DNA of 64,000 nt from a virus, in IMG/VR virus record IMGVR_UViG_3300028392_000041, positions 1 through 64,000 of that record; one strand, given 5' to 3'. Below the pieces are notes generated by a model. It was not told where the DNA came from and did not search any database. It saw nothing but the letters and a program-made list of their open reading frames with translations. Both the position numbers and the translations under genes were made by a program. Positions 49,669 through 58,405 of the stretch are shown piece by piece. Numbering within the stretch: position 1 is the first letter of the stretch; each line of letters begins with the position of its first letter.

Positions 49669-50411
49669 AGATTAGCGATTTCGTTTCGTCTATGGGTAAA
49701 GGAATGGCAAGAACAAACAGATTTTCTGTTATTTTATCTATGCCAACTGTAGTTACTGGAGACGCAACTCCTGGAAGAACAGAATTAAAAAATTTACTAC
49801 TGTTCTGCGACCAAGCCCAATTACCTGGACTTACAGTAAATGCAACACCAATTAGAATATTTGGCGAAGTAAGAGAAACACCTACAGAATATAATTACGA
49901 ACCAATTACTCTTTCTTTTTATGTTGACAGAAAAATGCACCTTAAAGCATGGTTCGATGATTGGATTAAAATGATTCAAAATGGAAGTCAAAGAACATTC
50001 AGATACTATGATGAATATATTTGCCCACAAATGCAGATTCTAGTTCAAGATACAAAAGACAGATCAACATATCAAGTAAATCTGTATGAAGTTTGGCCAA
50101 AAAGTATTGGAGCAATTCAATTAGATTATGCTTCTAAAGATATTATGAAGCTGTCTGTAACTCTACAGTATAAGTATTGGAGATATATTACAGTTGATGA
50201 CACAAGAGAAAATATTAAAGAACAGTCTGAATTAAGTAAACTTACAGGAATTCCTGAAGAATATTTCTCTAAGTTTAATTCATTCCAAAATGATTTGTCT
50301 GGAGCAATTTCTTCTAGACTTAATAGTACCGCACTGTTGGGTTGGATGAAAGGAACAGGTGGTGGTGTTAGTGCTGATCAATCATTAAGTGCTGGCGAAG
50401 AAATAGTTTAA
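49665..50411 (+). CDS. Tail tube family protein (gp54/gp19-like tube initiator)
   Basis: ARTNRFSV, CDQAQLPG, ITLSFYVD, LYEVWPKSIG..L tube-fold motifs. Confidence 0.75.
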   Translation: MKISDFVSSMGKGMARTNRFSVILSMPTVVTGDATPGRTELKNLLLFCDQAQLPGLTVNATPIRIFGEVRETPTEYNYEPITLSFYVDRKMHLKAWFDDWIKMIQNGSQRTFRYYDEYICPQMQILVQDTKDRSTYQVNLYEVWPKSIGAIQLDYASKDIMKLSVTLQYKYWRYITVDDTRENIKEQSELSKLTGIPEEYFSKFNSFQNDLSGAISSRLNSTALLGWMKGTGGGVSADQSLSAGEEIV

Positions 50412-50426
50412 TTAAGGAGTATTAAA

Positions 50427-50945
50427 ATGGCAGAAGAAAAGAAAAAAGACGAAGATTGGATGCAAAAGAAATGGCGTCCAGCCATGGGGTGGATGTACAT
50501 GGTTGTTTGTTTCTTTGATATGGTTATCTTCCCAATTCTTTGGGCATTAGTACAAACAATTCAACACCAACAATTGGTTCAGTGGAATCCTTTAACACTT
50601 CAAGGTGCTGGTTTATTCCATGTCGCCATGGGTGCTGTTTTAGGTATTGCTGCTTTTGGTCGTACTCAAGAGAAAATTGCAGGGAGCGCAACAAATGCCA
50701 CACCAAGTACTACCCCAACACCAACGCCATCCTTTGGAGCAGGCATGCCTTCAGCACCTAGCCCAACGCAATCAGCAGGATTCGGTTCAGGTTTTAATTC
50801 CCCAACTCCAACAACAGCAGGTGGTTTCGGTGGAGCAGGAGTATCAACAACAACAGTAGCAAATGGTGGTGCTGGAACAGGATTTAATTTCGGAGCAGGA
50901 TTACATCCTGATGATCCACCAACTCGTAATACTAGAAACGACTAA
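50427..50945 (+). CDS. Putative holin (GTA/3TM-holin-like) with low-complexity tail
   Basis: WRPAMGWMY transmembrane segment, W.PLTL, AMGAVLGIAAFGRTQEK. Confidence 0.65.
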   Translation: MAEEKKKDEDWMQKKWRPAMGWMYMVVCFFDMVIFPILWALVQTIQHQQLVQWNPLTLQGAGLFHVAMGAVLGIAAFGRTQEKIAGSATNATPSTTPTPTPSFGAGMPSAPSPTQSAGFGSGFNSPTPTTAGGFGGAGVSTTTVANGGAGTGFNFGAGLHPDDPPTRNTRND

Positions 50946-50947
50946 TA

Positions 50948-51364
50948 ATGAAAATTGATGATAATTTGAGCGAAATCTTTAATATGACTCCGATTGAAAA
51001 GGTAACAGGTGAATTAATCGTTGCTGAAACTGGAGAAATTATAGAATCACAAGACCAAAAGATTGAATCTGATTATGATAAAACCAGAGCAAATCTTTTG
51101 GACTTATTGACCAAAGGTCAAGACGCATTAACAACTGCTCTTGCTGTTGCAAAACAGTCTGAACATCCAAGAGCATTTGAAGTCGTTGGGAATTTAATGA
51201 AACAGGTTGCAGATATTAATAGTCAGCTTATGGAATTACATCAACAGAAACAGAAAATTGATGAACCAAAAGGTGGCGCAAAAACTGTAAATAATAATGC
51301 TATCTTTGTAGGTAGCACAAGCGAATTGAACAAATTGATTGATAAGATGAATAAGGGGAATTGA
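50948..51364 (+). CDS. gp16: Terminase small subunit
   Basis: DYDKTRANL, SEHPRAFEV, NNAIFVGSTSEL motifs of T4-like TerS. Confidence 0.88.
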   Translation: MKIDDNLSEIFNMTPIEKVTGELIVAETGEIIESQDQKIESDYDKTRANLLDLLTKGQDALTTALAVAKQSEHPRAFEVVGNLMKQVADINSQLMELHQQKQKIDEPKGGAKTVNNNAIFVGSTSELNKLIDKMNKGN

Positions 51365-51367
51365 GTT

Positions 51368-52078
51368 ATGTCATTACCGATGATGAAGACACCATTATAT
51401 TCTGTGAAGATTCCTTCTACAGAACAAAAAGTAACATTTAGACCATTTTTGGTCAGAGAAGAAAAAGCATTGTTGCTGGCACAGCAAAGCGAGAGTGTTG
51501 AGGTTATGACCAATACACTGAAAGAAATTATTACAAACTGCGTTAGAGAAAAAATTAATATTGATTCTTTGGCAGTTTTTGATGTTGAATATTTGTTTAC
51601 ACAAATAAGAGCAAAGTCTGTGGGTGAAACTGTTGACTTAGTGTTTAATTGTCAGCACTGCGAACAAGAAAAAAATAAAGTTAAATTGTCTATTGATTTA
51701 ACAACTATTGAAATAGTTAAAGATCCTAACCATACAAATAGAATACATCTATTTGATGAGTGTGGTGTAATGATGAGATATCCAAATCTAGAAACATTCA
51801 GAAAAGCGGATGGTAAAGAAGAAGATATTAATGCTGTTATGGAGTTGGTTATTGACTGTATTGAGTCAATCTATAATGGCGATGAAGTATTTTATGCCAA
51901 AGAACAAACTAAAAAAGAATTAGAAGATTTTGTAATGAATCTTACCAAAGAACAATTCGATAAAATTGAAGAATTTTTTGTTAGTATTCCAAAGTTTAAA
52001 AAAGTAATAGAATTTGACTGCCCAGCGTGTGGCGCACATAACGAAACAGCTCTGGAGGGAACAGCCAGTTTTTTTTAA
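51368..52078 (+). CDS. gp26: Baseplate hub assembly protein gp26
   Basis: LP....P.Y...IPS, FRPFLVREEK.LL, FDVEYLFTQIRAKSVGE, CxxC pairs, ends GTASFF. Confidence 0.88.
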   Translation: MSLPMMKTPLYSVKIPSTEQKVTFRPFLVREEKALLLAQQSESVEVMTNTLKEIITNCVREKINIDSLAVFDVEYLFTQIRAKSVGETVDLVFNCQHCEQEKNKVKLSIDLTTIEIVKDPNHTNRIHLFDECGVMMRYPNLETFRKADGKEEDINAVMELVIDCIESIYNGDEVFYAKEQTKKELEDFVMNLTKEQFDKIEEFFVSIPKFKKVIEFDCPACGAHNETALEGTASFF

Positions 52079-52257
52079 TAAATCTCAGTCATGAGTCGTT
52101 GGCCAATTACTATAAAACCAACTTCGCTCTGATGCAATATCACAAATATTCTCTGACTGAGATTGAAGATATGATTCCTTTCGAAAGAGAGATCTATGTT
52201 GCTATGCTGGTTGAATTCTTACAAGAAGAAAAACAAAGATTAGAGAGAAACAAGTAA
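52069..52257 (+). CDS. gp51: gp51-like baseplate hub assembly catalyst, not in the ORF track; probably reached by a -1 frameshift from gp26
   Basis: The -1 frame reads LINLSHESLANYYKTNFALMQYHKYSLTEIEDMIPFEREIYVAMLVEFLQEEKQRLERNK*; no ATG precedes the conserved part. Confidence 0.8.
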   Translation, partial: FFLINLSHESLANYYKTNFALMQYHKYSLTEIEDMIPFEREIYVAMLVEFLQEEKQRLERNK

Positions 52258-52258
52258 A

Positions 52259-53839
52259 ATGACAATGCAAGAACTTCTTAAGTTGCAAGCTGCGATGACA
52301 GAGAAAAACACTCTGTCCATCAATTTAAACACGCATGCAGCAAACGATCTAAAGGTTGATGTTAAGAAGTTATCTGAAGCGCAGGTCAAAGCAGCAAATG
52401 ATGAAGAATACAAAAAGAAACGCGAAGAGCAAGTAACTGATAGTCTAAAGCAATTAAATGCGACAATTAAAGAAGCAATCAAAAATGGTCTTGGCGCAGC
52501 AACTGCATCAAGAATTGGTGAAAATGATGAATCTAGACAAAATGTCGCTGGAGCAAATAGTAAATTAAGAGAATTAATGCTTGGTGGTAAAAAAGGCGAC
52601 GAACAAGTACAAAGTATAACTGGTATTCGTGGTGCAATTGATAAGTGGCTTGGTAAAAGAGAAGAAAAAGCAGCACTTAAACAAGAGAAAAAAGAATTCG
52701 TTCAAGGTGCTCTTGGTAATGATAAGCGAGCAATTGCGTTAAAGAATCTAAAAGGCGAAGATTATGCTAAGGCTGACGCTGAGAAGAGATTCGAAGAAAT
52801 TAAAGCAAAAGAAAAAGAAATAGCAGAAGCACAAAGAAGAGTTGATGCTTCTAAAGCAGCTGGATATGCTCCAAAGAAAAAAGATCTAGAAGCAGTGGAC
52901 AAGGGAACAAAAGAACTTGCCACTATGGATCCAAGAATGAAGTCAACTCTAACTAGAACTGCTCAAGAAGAAGCGCAAGAGTTTGATAAGAAAGCGAAAT
53001 TAGATACAGTAAAAGCACAAGGTGACGAAGTAACAATCGAGCGTGGTATTGGCAAGTCATTAATAGACTCGCTTGATGTTCAGAAACAACAGCTCGCAGC
53101 ATTACAACAACTTGTTGAACTTGGTGGTTCTGGTGGAGGAAGTGGTAGTGCTTCTTCTGTTGCTGCAGATTTAGCAGAAGCTGCTGTAGACAGTGCTGGT
53201 AATGGTAAAGGTGGCAAAGGTAAAATGCTTGGTAAGGCAGGTAAATTTTTGGCCAGAAATGCTGGTAAGATAGGTGCTATCGGAGCAGTTGGTATGGGTG
53301 CTTATGAAGCATATAGTGGGTATAATGATGCTGAGGAAGCAGTTCAGCGTGGTGAAATAACCAAAGAAGAAGGACAGGTTAAAAAAGGTGAGGCAGTTGG
53401 AGGTGGTGTTGGTGGCGCAGGTGGTGCACTTGCTGGTGCTGCTGCAGGTGCTGCAATTGGTTCTGTCGTTCCTGTGGTTGGAACTGCCATCGGTGGTTTA
53501 ATCGGTGGTGCTCTAGGATATTATGGTGGTTCAAAAGTTGGTACTGCTGTTGGTGGCGCAGGTGTTAAAGCAGCACAAGGATTCCAAGCTGGAGATACAG
53601 TTGCTTATGATGAGATGGGTAATCCTATTGGATCTGCTCCTACATCCTCGGAGAAAATAGAAACTGGTTCTAAAACAAATGAATCATTAAAAGTTAAAAC
53701 AAGCTCTGCTCCAACTGTTGTTAATGCTCCAACAACAATTAATAATAACGGTAGTAAGGGTGGTTCAGTTGACATTAGATCACCACTCCGTAATCAAGAA
53801 TCAAGCGTAAATAGTTACATTTCCAATCGCTACGCATAA
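52259..53839 (+). CDS. Tape-measure/baseplate hub gp29-like protein
   Basis: 526 aa: long coiled coil, Gly-zipper hydrophobic segment, VVNAPTTINN C-terminus; follows gp26/gp51. Confidence 0.6.
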   Translation: MTMQELLKLQAAMTEKNTLSINLNTHAANDLKVDVKKLSEAQVKAANDEEYKKKREEQVTDSLKQLNATIKEAIKNGLGAATASRIGENDESRQNVAGANSKLRELMLGGKKGDEQVQSITGIRGAIDKWLGKREEKAALKQEKKEFVQGALGNDKRAIALKNLKGEDYAKADAEKRFEEIKAKEKEIAEAQRRVDASKAAGYAPKKKDLEAVDKGTKELATMDPRMKSTLTRTAQEEAQEFDKKAKLDTVKAQGDEVTIERGIGKSLIDSLDVQKQQLAALQQLVELGGSGGGSGSASSVAADLAEAAVDSAGNGKGGKGKMLGKAGKFLARNAGKIGAIGAVGMGAYEAYSGYNDAEEAVQRGEITKEEGQVKKGEAVGGGVGGAGGALAGAAAGAAIGSVVPVVGTAIGGLIGGALGYYGGSKVGTAVGGAGVKAAQGFQAGDTVAYDEMGNPIGSAPTSSEKIETGSKTNESLKVKTSSAPTVVNAPTTINNNGSKGGSVDIRSPLRNQESSVNSYISNRYA

Positions 53840-53865
53840 AAAAAGGGATCCGAAGATCCCTTTTT
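53838..53865. terminator. Bidirectional rho-independent terminator
   Basis: A-run, GGGATC-CGAA-GATCCC, T-run (cUUCGg loop on the minus strand) between convergent genes. Confidence 0.9.
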
Positions 53866-53868
53866 CAT

Positions 53869-53940
53869 TTACTTGTTCATTACATACATTGTAACTTCGA
53901 ACCCAAATCTCATTTCTGTAGCAGCTGGTTTAGTCCACAT
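53869..53940 (-). CDS. pqqA: Pyrroloquinoline quinone precursor peptide PqqA (23 aa, MWTKPAATEMRFGFEVTMYVMNK)
   Basis: Translated by hand; W.KP...R.GFEVTMY with the invariant E-x-x-x-Y; GGAG SD 6 nt upstream; terminator immediately downstream. Confidence 0.93.
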   Translation of the reverse strand: MWTKPAATEMRFGFEVTMYVMNK

Positions 53941-54039
53941 AACAATCTCCAAAAGATTGACAGCAAATCCTGTCACATTTACTTATAATATAAGAGCAGG
54001 ATTTGCCTAAGTGAATCTATTAAACTCTACTAATGAAAA

Positions 54040-54969
54040 TTATGCTTCGTCAGCGATTTTCTGGAAGTAAGACATGACATCTTCGTCATCGTCATTAATC
54101 TCAGGTGCTTTAGAAACTGTTACTGGCTTAGATGCTACAGTAGTGGCAGTTGACTTTGGAGCAACATAATCATCATCTTCAGACAAGGCTGCAGCTGACT
54201 TAATAGGTGTTCCTTCACCATCTAACACATCTGACAGTTTCTTAGTCAGTTCTTCAAAAGATTTGAAGTTTTTACGATCTAAGAACTCAGACAACTTGTA
54301 AGATTTGTTTAGAATCTCAACCATCTTTTCTTCATCACCAGATGCCAACTCAGTTGGATCCATAAAAGTGGATTGGTCATAATTAGCATAACCATCTACC
54401 TTACGCATACGCAACTTAAAGTCTGCGCCTTCGAATGGATCGAAGACATTAACTGGCTTCTCATCTTCAAAAGTCGGACGAGCTTTATCCATGATTTTAT
54501 CAAAGATTTTCTTACCAAACTTAAACAAGCGAACTTGTCCTTCATTCTCTGGATGCTTTGGATCAGAAACGATCAAAACATTACAGATGTAAGATAACTT
54601 ACGCTTTTGTTTACGAGCAATTTCCTTGTTGGCATCAGAACCAGAATTCCACAATTTAGAATTCAATTCACCGACAGGATCTTTCTCACCAAGAGTGGTA
54701 AGAGAGTTCTCGATATACCACTTACCAGTTGGACCCTGGAAGGAGTGGTTAAAGATACGAACCCATGGGAGTTCGTCACCTTCTACGCGAGGTAGAAAAC
54801 GCAGTGTGGCTGTACCATTACCAGCCTTATCGGCTTCTAGTTTCCACATTCTGTCGTCTTGGTAGGATTTTTTGCCACCGCCAGATTCGGGGTTAGCAAT
54901 TTTTTCGAATTCGGAAGTGATTTTACCGAAATCTGTGTTACGCATTTTGCGAAGTGCTTGAATGTCCAT
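54040..54969 (-). CDS. gp32: Single-stranded DNA-binding protein
   Basis: DDRMWK, GNG.A.LRFLP, WYIENS, FKFGKKIFDKI, NYDQS, acidic C-terminus. Confidence 0.96.
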   Translation of the reverse strand: MDIQALRKMRNTDFGKITSEFEKIANPESGGGKKSYQDDRMWKLEADKAGNGTATLRFLPRVEGDELPWVRIFNHSFQGPTGKWYIENSLTTLGEKDPVGELNSKLWNSGSDANKEIARKQKRKLSYICNVLIVSDPKHPENEGQVRLFKFGKKIFDKIMDKARPTFEDEKPVNVFDPFEGADFKLRMRKVDGYANYDQSTFMDPTELASGDEEKMVEILNKSYKLSEFLDRKNFKSFEELTKKLSDVLDGEGTPIKSAAALSEDDDYVAPKSTATTVASKPVTVSKAPEINDDDEDVMSYFQKIADEA

Positions 54970-54992
54970 CGTATTTCCTTTGTATAAATGTA

Positions 54993-55196
54993 TTAATATG
55001 TTTTTGTATTAGTATTATCGTCTTCATCGTATGTTTCAAAATCATAATCTAAGTCTTGCTCATCATAATATTCTTCAACATAACTATTTAGTACTTTCAT
55101 ACCTTTACCTTTTTGGTTCTTGGAATGTTTAGTTTTTTTAAACTTACCAGTAACCTCTACTTCATCTTCGAAGTGAAGATCTATCTTGCGATTCAT
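54993..55196 (-). CDS. Hypothetical protein (basic N-half, acidic C-half)
   Basis: 67 aa ORF packed between gp59 and gp32. Confidence 0.55.
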   Translation of the reverse strand: MNRKIDLHFEDEVEVTGKFKKTKHSKNQKGKGMKVLNSYVEEYYDEQDLDYDFETYDEDDNTNTKTY

Positions 55197-55197
55197 A

Positions 55198-55809
55198 TCA
55201 GTGCAACTCTAAAATTTCCTGTTTAAAATTCTCATAGACACGCAAGAGTCGTTCGGTATTAAACTTCACGAAACCCTTACATTTATCTATTCTACGGCAT
55301 TCTTCTCCCAAAAGCAAATTTAATTGCGAAGGTATTCTTGCAATGTAATTCGTATAAGAATCTAAAATTACCATAGTTTCTATTGTGATATAACCACCGA
55401 GATATAATTTAAATAACTCAGGGAAATCACTACCACTCTTTTCATATAGATGATTCTCAGATAAACCCTCTTTCTCTAGATGCAAGCAGATTGCATGTAA
55501 GTCGTTTTCAAAAACTTGTGACATACTTTCTTTTCGTTTATTCCAAGTACTTAAATTACGCTCACCCTCTCCTGGGTCATAGACAACTTCATTATTTCCG
55601 TAAGCAAAATTAGCAACAAAATATTGAATCACATCCCTTTCGGTTGGAAACTTTCTTGCCAATTTTTCAAAGATAAACCTATCATTACGATTATAAAAAG
55701 TGTCTCGAGCACCTTTTACATGACCACGATTGTTAAACACATTATACGCATTCGTAGTAAAGTGTAACTTCACAGCCATATAAAGTTTCCATACCTTATA
55801 TCCGTCCAC
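55198..55809 (-). CDS. gp59: Helicase loader gp59-like
   Basis: Y..YMAVKLHFT, F..RND..FEKLA, ITIETMVILD; synteny 33-59-32. Confidence 0.85.
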   Translation of the reverse strand: MDGYKVWKLYMAVKLHFTTNAYNVFNNRGHVKGARDTFYNRNDRFIFEKLARKFPTERDVIQYFVANFAYGNNEVVYDPGEGERNLSTWNKRKESMSQVFENDLHAICLHLEKEGLSENHLYEKSGSDFPELFKLYLGGYITIETMVILDSYTNYIARIPSQLNLLLGEECRRIDKCKGFVKFNTERLLRVYENFKQEILELH

Positions 55810-56008
55810 GATTTAATTTCCTACAATCAGTTCTCACTTCAATTGGGAAATCTGGAGAGATTTCCGCCAATCTACAATCATAAACTACTACGCCATGTTT
55901 AGGGATTGCTAAGAACATAGTTCCCCAAACCAGCGTAAAAGCAAAAATAACAGCAAGCGTCAATTTCAAATTAAACATCAAGTTGTGCCGTTTTCGGTAG
56001 GTGTCCAC
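55796..56008 (-). CDS. Small membrane protein
   Basis: One transmembrane helix, then YDCRLAEISPDFP..V..DCRK. Confidence 0.55.
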   Translation of the reverse strand: MDTYRKRHNLMFNLKLTLAVIFAFTLVWGTMFLAIPKHGVVVYDCRLAEISPDFPIEVRTDCRKLNRGRI

Positions 56009-56210
56009 TCTGTTGAAAATCCATCTTCATTTTTTCTTTGAGGGACTTGTTAATCAAAGATTTAATTTCTTCAGGGTCAATGAAGTTTTCCTTACAATAT
56101 TCCAAGATAGCATCGACATGGGTACACTTCTTGTCTCTTGCCAATTGTTCTATATAAAGAGAAAACGACTTTGAATCTTCAAATACTTTTAAGTTTGTTG
56201 ATGTAGGCAT
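55971..56210 (-). CDS. gp33: Late transcription co-activator gp33
   Basis: FSLYIEQ, HVDAILEYC.EN.ID, LINKSLKEK; synteny. Confidence 0.85.
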   Translation of the reverse strand: MPTSTNLKVFEDSKSFSLYIEQLARDKKCTHVDAILEYCKENFIDPEEIKSLINKSLKEKMKMDFQQSGHLPKTAQLDV

Positions 56211-56463
56211 TTGCTGTTGTGATTACCTCGTTTAGTTCGCTATACTCTCGCGATTTTGATTTATAGAGTTTCCAAACTGGGGTATCAGTTTCTTCAGGAT
56301 TCATTTTTCGGTCAAACATATCAAGATACTTGTCAAACCAACGATCCATTACTTTTCGTTGCTTAATCAAAGAAAGATGAATTTTCTCTAATGCTACGAT
56401 ATCTCTATCCATTGCGCAAAGGGAAAACTTCTCTTGATACTCATATTTACTCAACTCCATCAC
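56179..56463 (-). CDS. Hypothetical protein
   Basis: 94 aa ORF with GGAG SD, downstream of a sigma70 promoter. Confidence 0.6.
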   Translation of the reverse strand: MMELSKYEYQEKFSLCAMDRDIVALEKIHLSLIKQRKVMDRWFDKYLDMFDRKMNPEETDTPVWKLYKSKSREYSELNEVITTANAYINKLKSI

Positions 56464-56490
56464 AGGCTCCTTTTCTATAGTCCTAAGACT

Positions 56491-56519
56491 ATTATACCCT
56501 ATTTACGAATTAATGTCAA
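56491..56519 (-). promoter_or_regulatory. Early sigma70-type promoter TTGACA-17-TATAAT
   Basis: Perfect consensus: TTGACA ttaattcgtaaataggg TATAAT. Confidence 0.9.
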
Positions 56520-56522
56520 GCA

Positions 56523-56795
56523 TTATTTTCGACCTGTAGGAGAGTCTCCATGCTTGGTTGCAGCGTATAGCATACACATAGTGCCTTGAGAGTCGTAGGC
56601 GCATTTAATTGCAACTGGGTCAACACCCTTTACAATACCATTTTCAATATTTGCAGACATGAGTCGGTCTTTTTGCAAATTATAGTATGCAATAGAACTA
56701 ATCGCTGTCATCAAAACCACAGTCGTACAAATTACAAATAAGTTTCTTTCAGTCATAATAAAACATCCTTTTATTTTGTTAATAAGATCCATCAT
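56523..56795 (-). CDS. Small membrane-anchored hypothetical protein
   Basis: One transmembrane segment; GVDPVAIKCAY motif. Confidence 0.55.
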   Translation of the reverse strand: MMDLINKIKGCFIMTERNLFVICTTVVLMTAISSIAYYNLQKDRLMSANIENGIVKGVDPVAIKCAYDSQGTMCMLYAATKHGDSPTGRK

Positions 56796-56952
56796 CGATA
56801 ACTATCCTTACTGTTAGTGGACCAACAGTGGCACAAATTACATGCCTTGCTGGATCCATATCATCTGGACCACGCACATCAAAATCAATTCTCCAGTGAT
56901 ATGGGTTTACCGCAAGCGAAATCCAAACACCTGAATATTTTAACCAATTCAT
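56779..56952 (-). CDS. Hypothetical protein (start re-assigned to MNWLKY)
   Basis: ATG overlaps the clpP stop; NPYHWR and IDDGSY motifs. Confidence 0.55.
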   Translation of the reverse strand: MNWLKYSGVWISLAVNPYHWRIDFDVRGPDDMDPARHVICATVGPLTVRIVIDDGSY

Positions 56953-57527
56953 TTTAAATCCTTTACTAAGTCGCATAGTCCAAGTTTCTGTGCTTCCTGA
57001 GCAGATAACCAAATATCCTGCGGAGGAAGAAGTGTTTCTCTAATTTTTGGTTCAGTTAAACCTGTCACTTTTTTATAGTGAGCAATCATTCGTTTTGTTG
57101 TCAAATCGAATTCTTTAACTGTCGCAAATAACTCATGCTCTTTGCCAAACGCACCCCAAGAATATTGGTGCGATAAAATTGAAGTGTTCGGTGTAAGAAT
57201 TCGTTGTCCTTTAGTTCCTGAAGCAAAGATCAATAGACCTGCCGAAGAAACCTGCCCCAAACCGATTGTTCGAATTGGAATAGAAGAACCACGCATCGTG
57301 TCAATAACTGCGAACGCAGCATTCAAATCGCCACCTGGAGAGCAGATAATTAAATTTAACAACTCTGGTGTTTCAGCAGTGAAGTTTGATTCAAGTATCC
57401 ATTCTACCAATGGTTTTACCGAAGAAAGGGAAACTTCTTCCATAAGAAGAAAGAATCCGTGAGTAGATTTATCACCCTCTTTGAGAAAATCTAAATTCAA
57501 TTTTTGCATCATACTATTTGCCATCAA
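56949..57527 (-). CDS. clpP: ClpP-like protease proteolytic subunit
   Basis: ICSPGG, GQVSSAG (Ser), LSHQ (His), DIWLSAQEA..LGLCD (Asp). Confidence 0.88.
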   Translation of the reverse strand: MMANSMMQKLNLDFLKEGDKSTHGFFLLMEEVSLSSVKPLVEWILESNFTAETPELLNLIICSPGGDLNAAFAVIDTMRGSSIPIRTIGLGQVSSAGLLIFASGTKGQRILTPNTSILSHQYSWGAFGKEHELFATVKEFDLTTKRMIAHYKKVTGLTEPKIRETLLPPQDIWLSAQEAQKLGLCDLVKDLK

Positions 57528-57535
57528 TTACTCCA

Positions 57536-58075
57536 TTAGGGTTTATAAAAAATATGTCTACCAATCGTTACTGTTTTCTCTAATTTCCATCTAGGATTAA
57601 CATAATCCGCATGATAAAATAAAGCACCTTGAGTGTTATCTATCATATTACCATAGTTCATGTAAACATAAACTGCCACATCTTGCGCTTCTTTATAGAC
57701 TTCTTTTTGTCTATCATTAAAATAATTAGTTTTATATAGCGATGTCATTTGCAATTTAGCATTACACCACCAAGAGAACTGACAAGTGTTTTGAGTTTTT
57801 TGTTTCACAACACTGCAAACAGAATCTTCAAATCCTTTATTAACTCTGTTCATTGTAACCAGCCCTACCGCAATCTTTCCATCTTTTGGTTCATAGGCTG
57901 ATTCAAAATATATGTTGTCTGCCAAGCATTCGACTTCTTTTTTAGCCGATGGGGTCAGATCTGAATAATCAATTCCACTTAACGGAATTACATTTTTACC
58001 ATTTAAAGCAATCACTGGAGCAATAATAATCAAACTTAGTATAGTTAATGTCGTATATAATATTTTCTTATGCAT
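57536..58075 (-). CDS. Cell wall hydrolase, SleB/Hydrolase_2 family
   Basis: CLADNIYFESA, V..VTMNRV, CQFSW, GALFYHADYV.P.W, IGRHIFY; N-terminal hydrophobic anchor. Confidence 0.9.
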   Translation of the reverse strand: MHKKILYTTLTILSLIIIAPVIALNGKNVIPLSGIDYSDLTPSAKKEVECLADNIYFESAYEPKDGKIAVGLVTMNRVNKGFEDSVCSVVKQKTQNTCQFSWWCNAKLQMTSLYKTNYFNDRQKEVYKEAQDVAVYVYMNYGNMIDNTQGALFYHADYVNPRWKLEKTVTIGRHIFYKP

Positions 58076-58094
58076 TACATCTCCTTAATGTGCA

Positions 58095-58120
58095 GAAGAA
58101 AGGTGTGCGAACACACCTTC
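58095..58120 (-). terminator. Putative terminator hairpin AAGGTGTG-TTCG-CACACCTT
   Basis: 8-bp stem with UUCG loop followed by an imperfect U-tract (UUUCUUCU). Confidence 0.6.
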
Positions 58121-58132
58121 CAATCCCATTTA

Positions 58133-58405
58133 TCAGGTGGACTTTTTCGTAGTCTTAGTATCTAGGGGAATATTTGAAACAAAACCATTTAGGGTTTGAG
58201 CCTTTGCAATGATTTCAGTTTCTGATGGATAAGCTGGAAATCCTGGATGAACAGGCAACTCCCCACCATTGATTTTAGCAACTTCTAGTTGAGCATGCCA
58301 ACTATTGCTAATTACTTCACGCTTACCGTAGTATTCATCGTTAAGCATGTCTTTCGCCATTTTTAAAAGTTCAAGGCGAATCTCGAACGGAGTCATGTTA
58401 CTCAT
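58133..58405 (-). CDS. Conserved hypothetical T4-like phage protein
   Basis: MTPFEIRLELLKMA...YPSE.EIIAKA..LNGFVS. Confidence 0.7.
   Translation of the reverse strand: MSNMTPFEIRLELLKMAKDMLNDEYYGKREVISNSWHAQLEVAKINGGELPVHPGFPAYPSETEIIAKAQTLNGFVSNIPLDTKTTKKST

Noticed and set aside
53957-53989. Plus-strand TTGACA...TATAAT promoter
   Set aside because: The spacer is 21 nt, too long for sigma70, and it would point antisense into gp32
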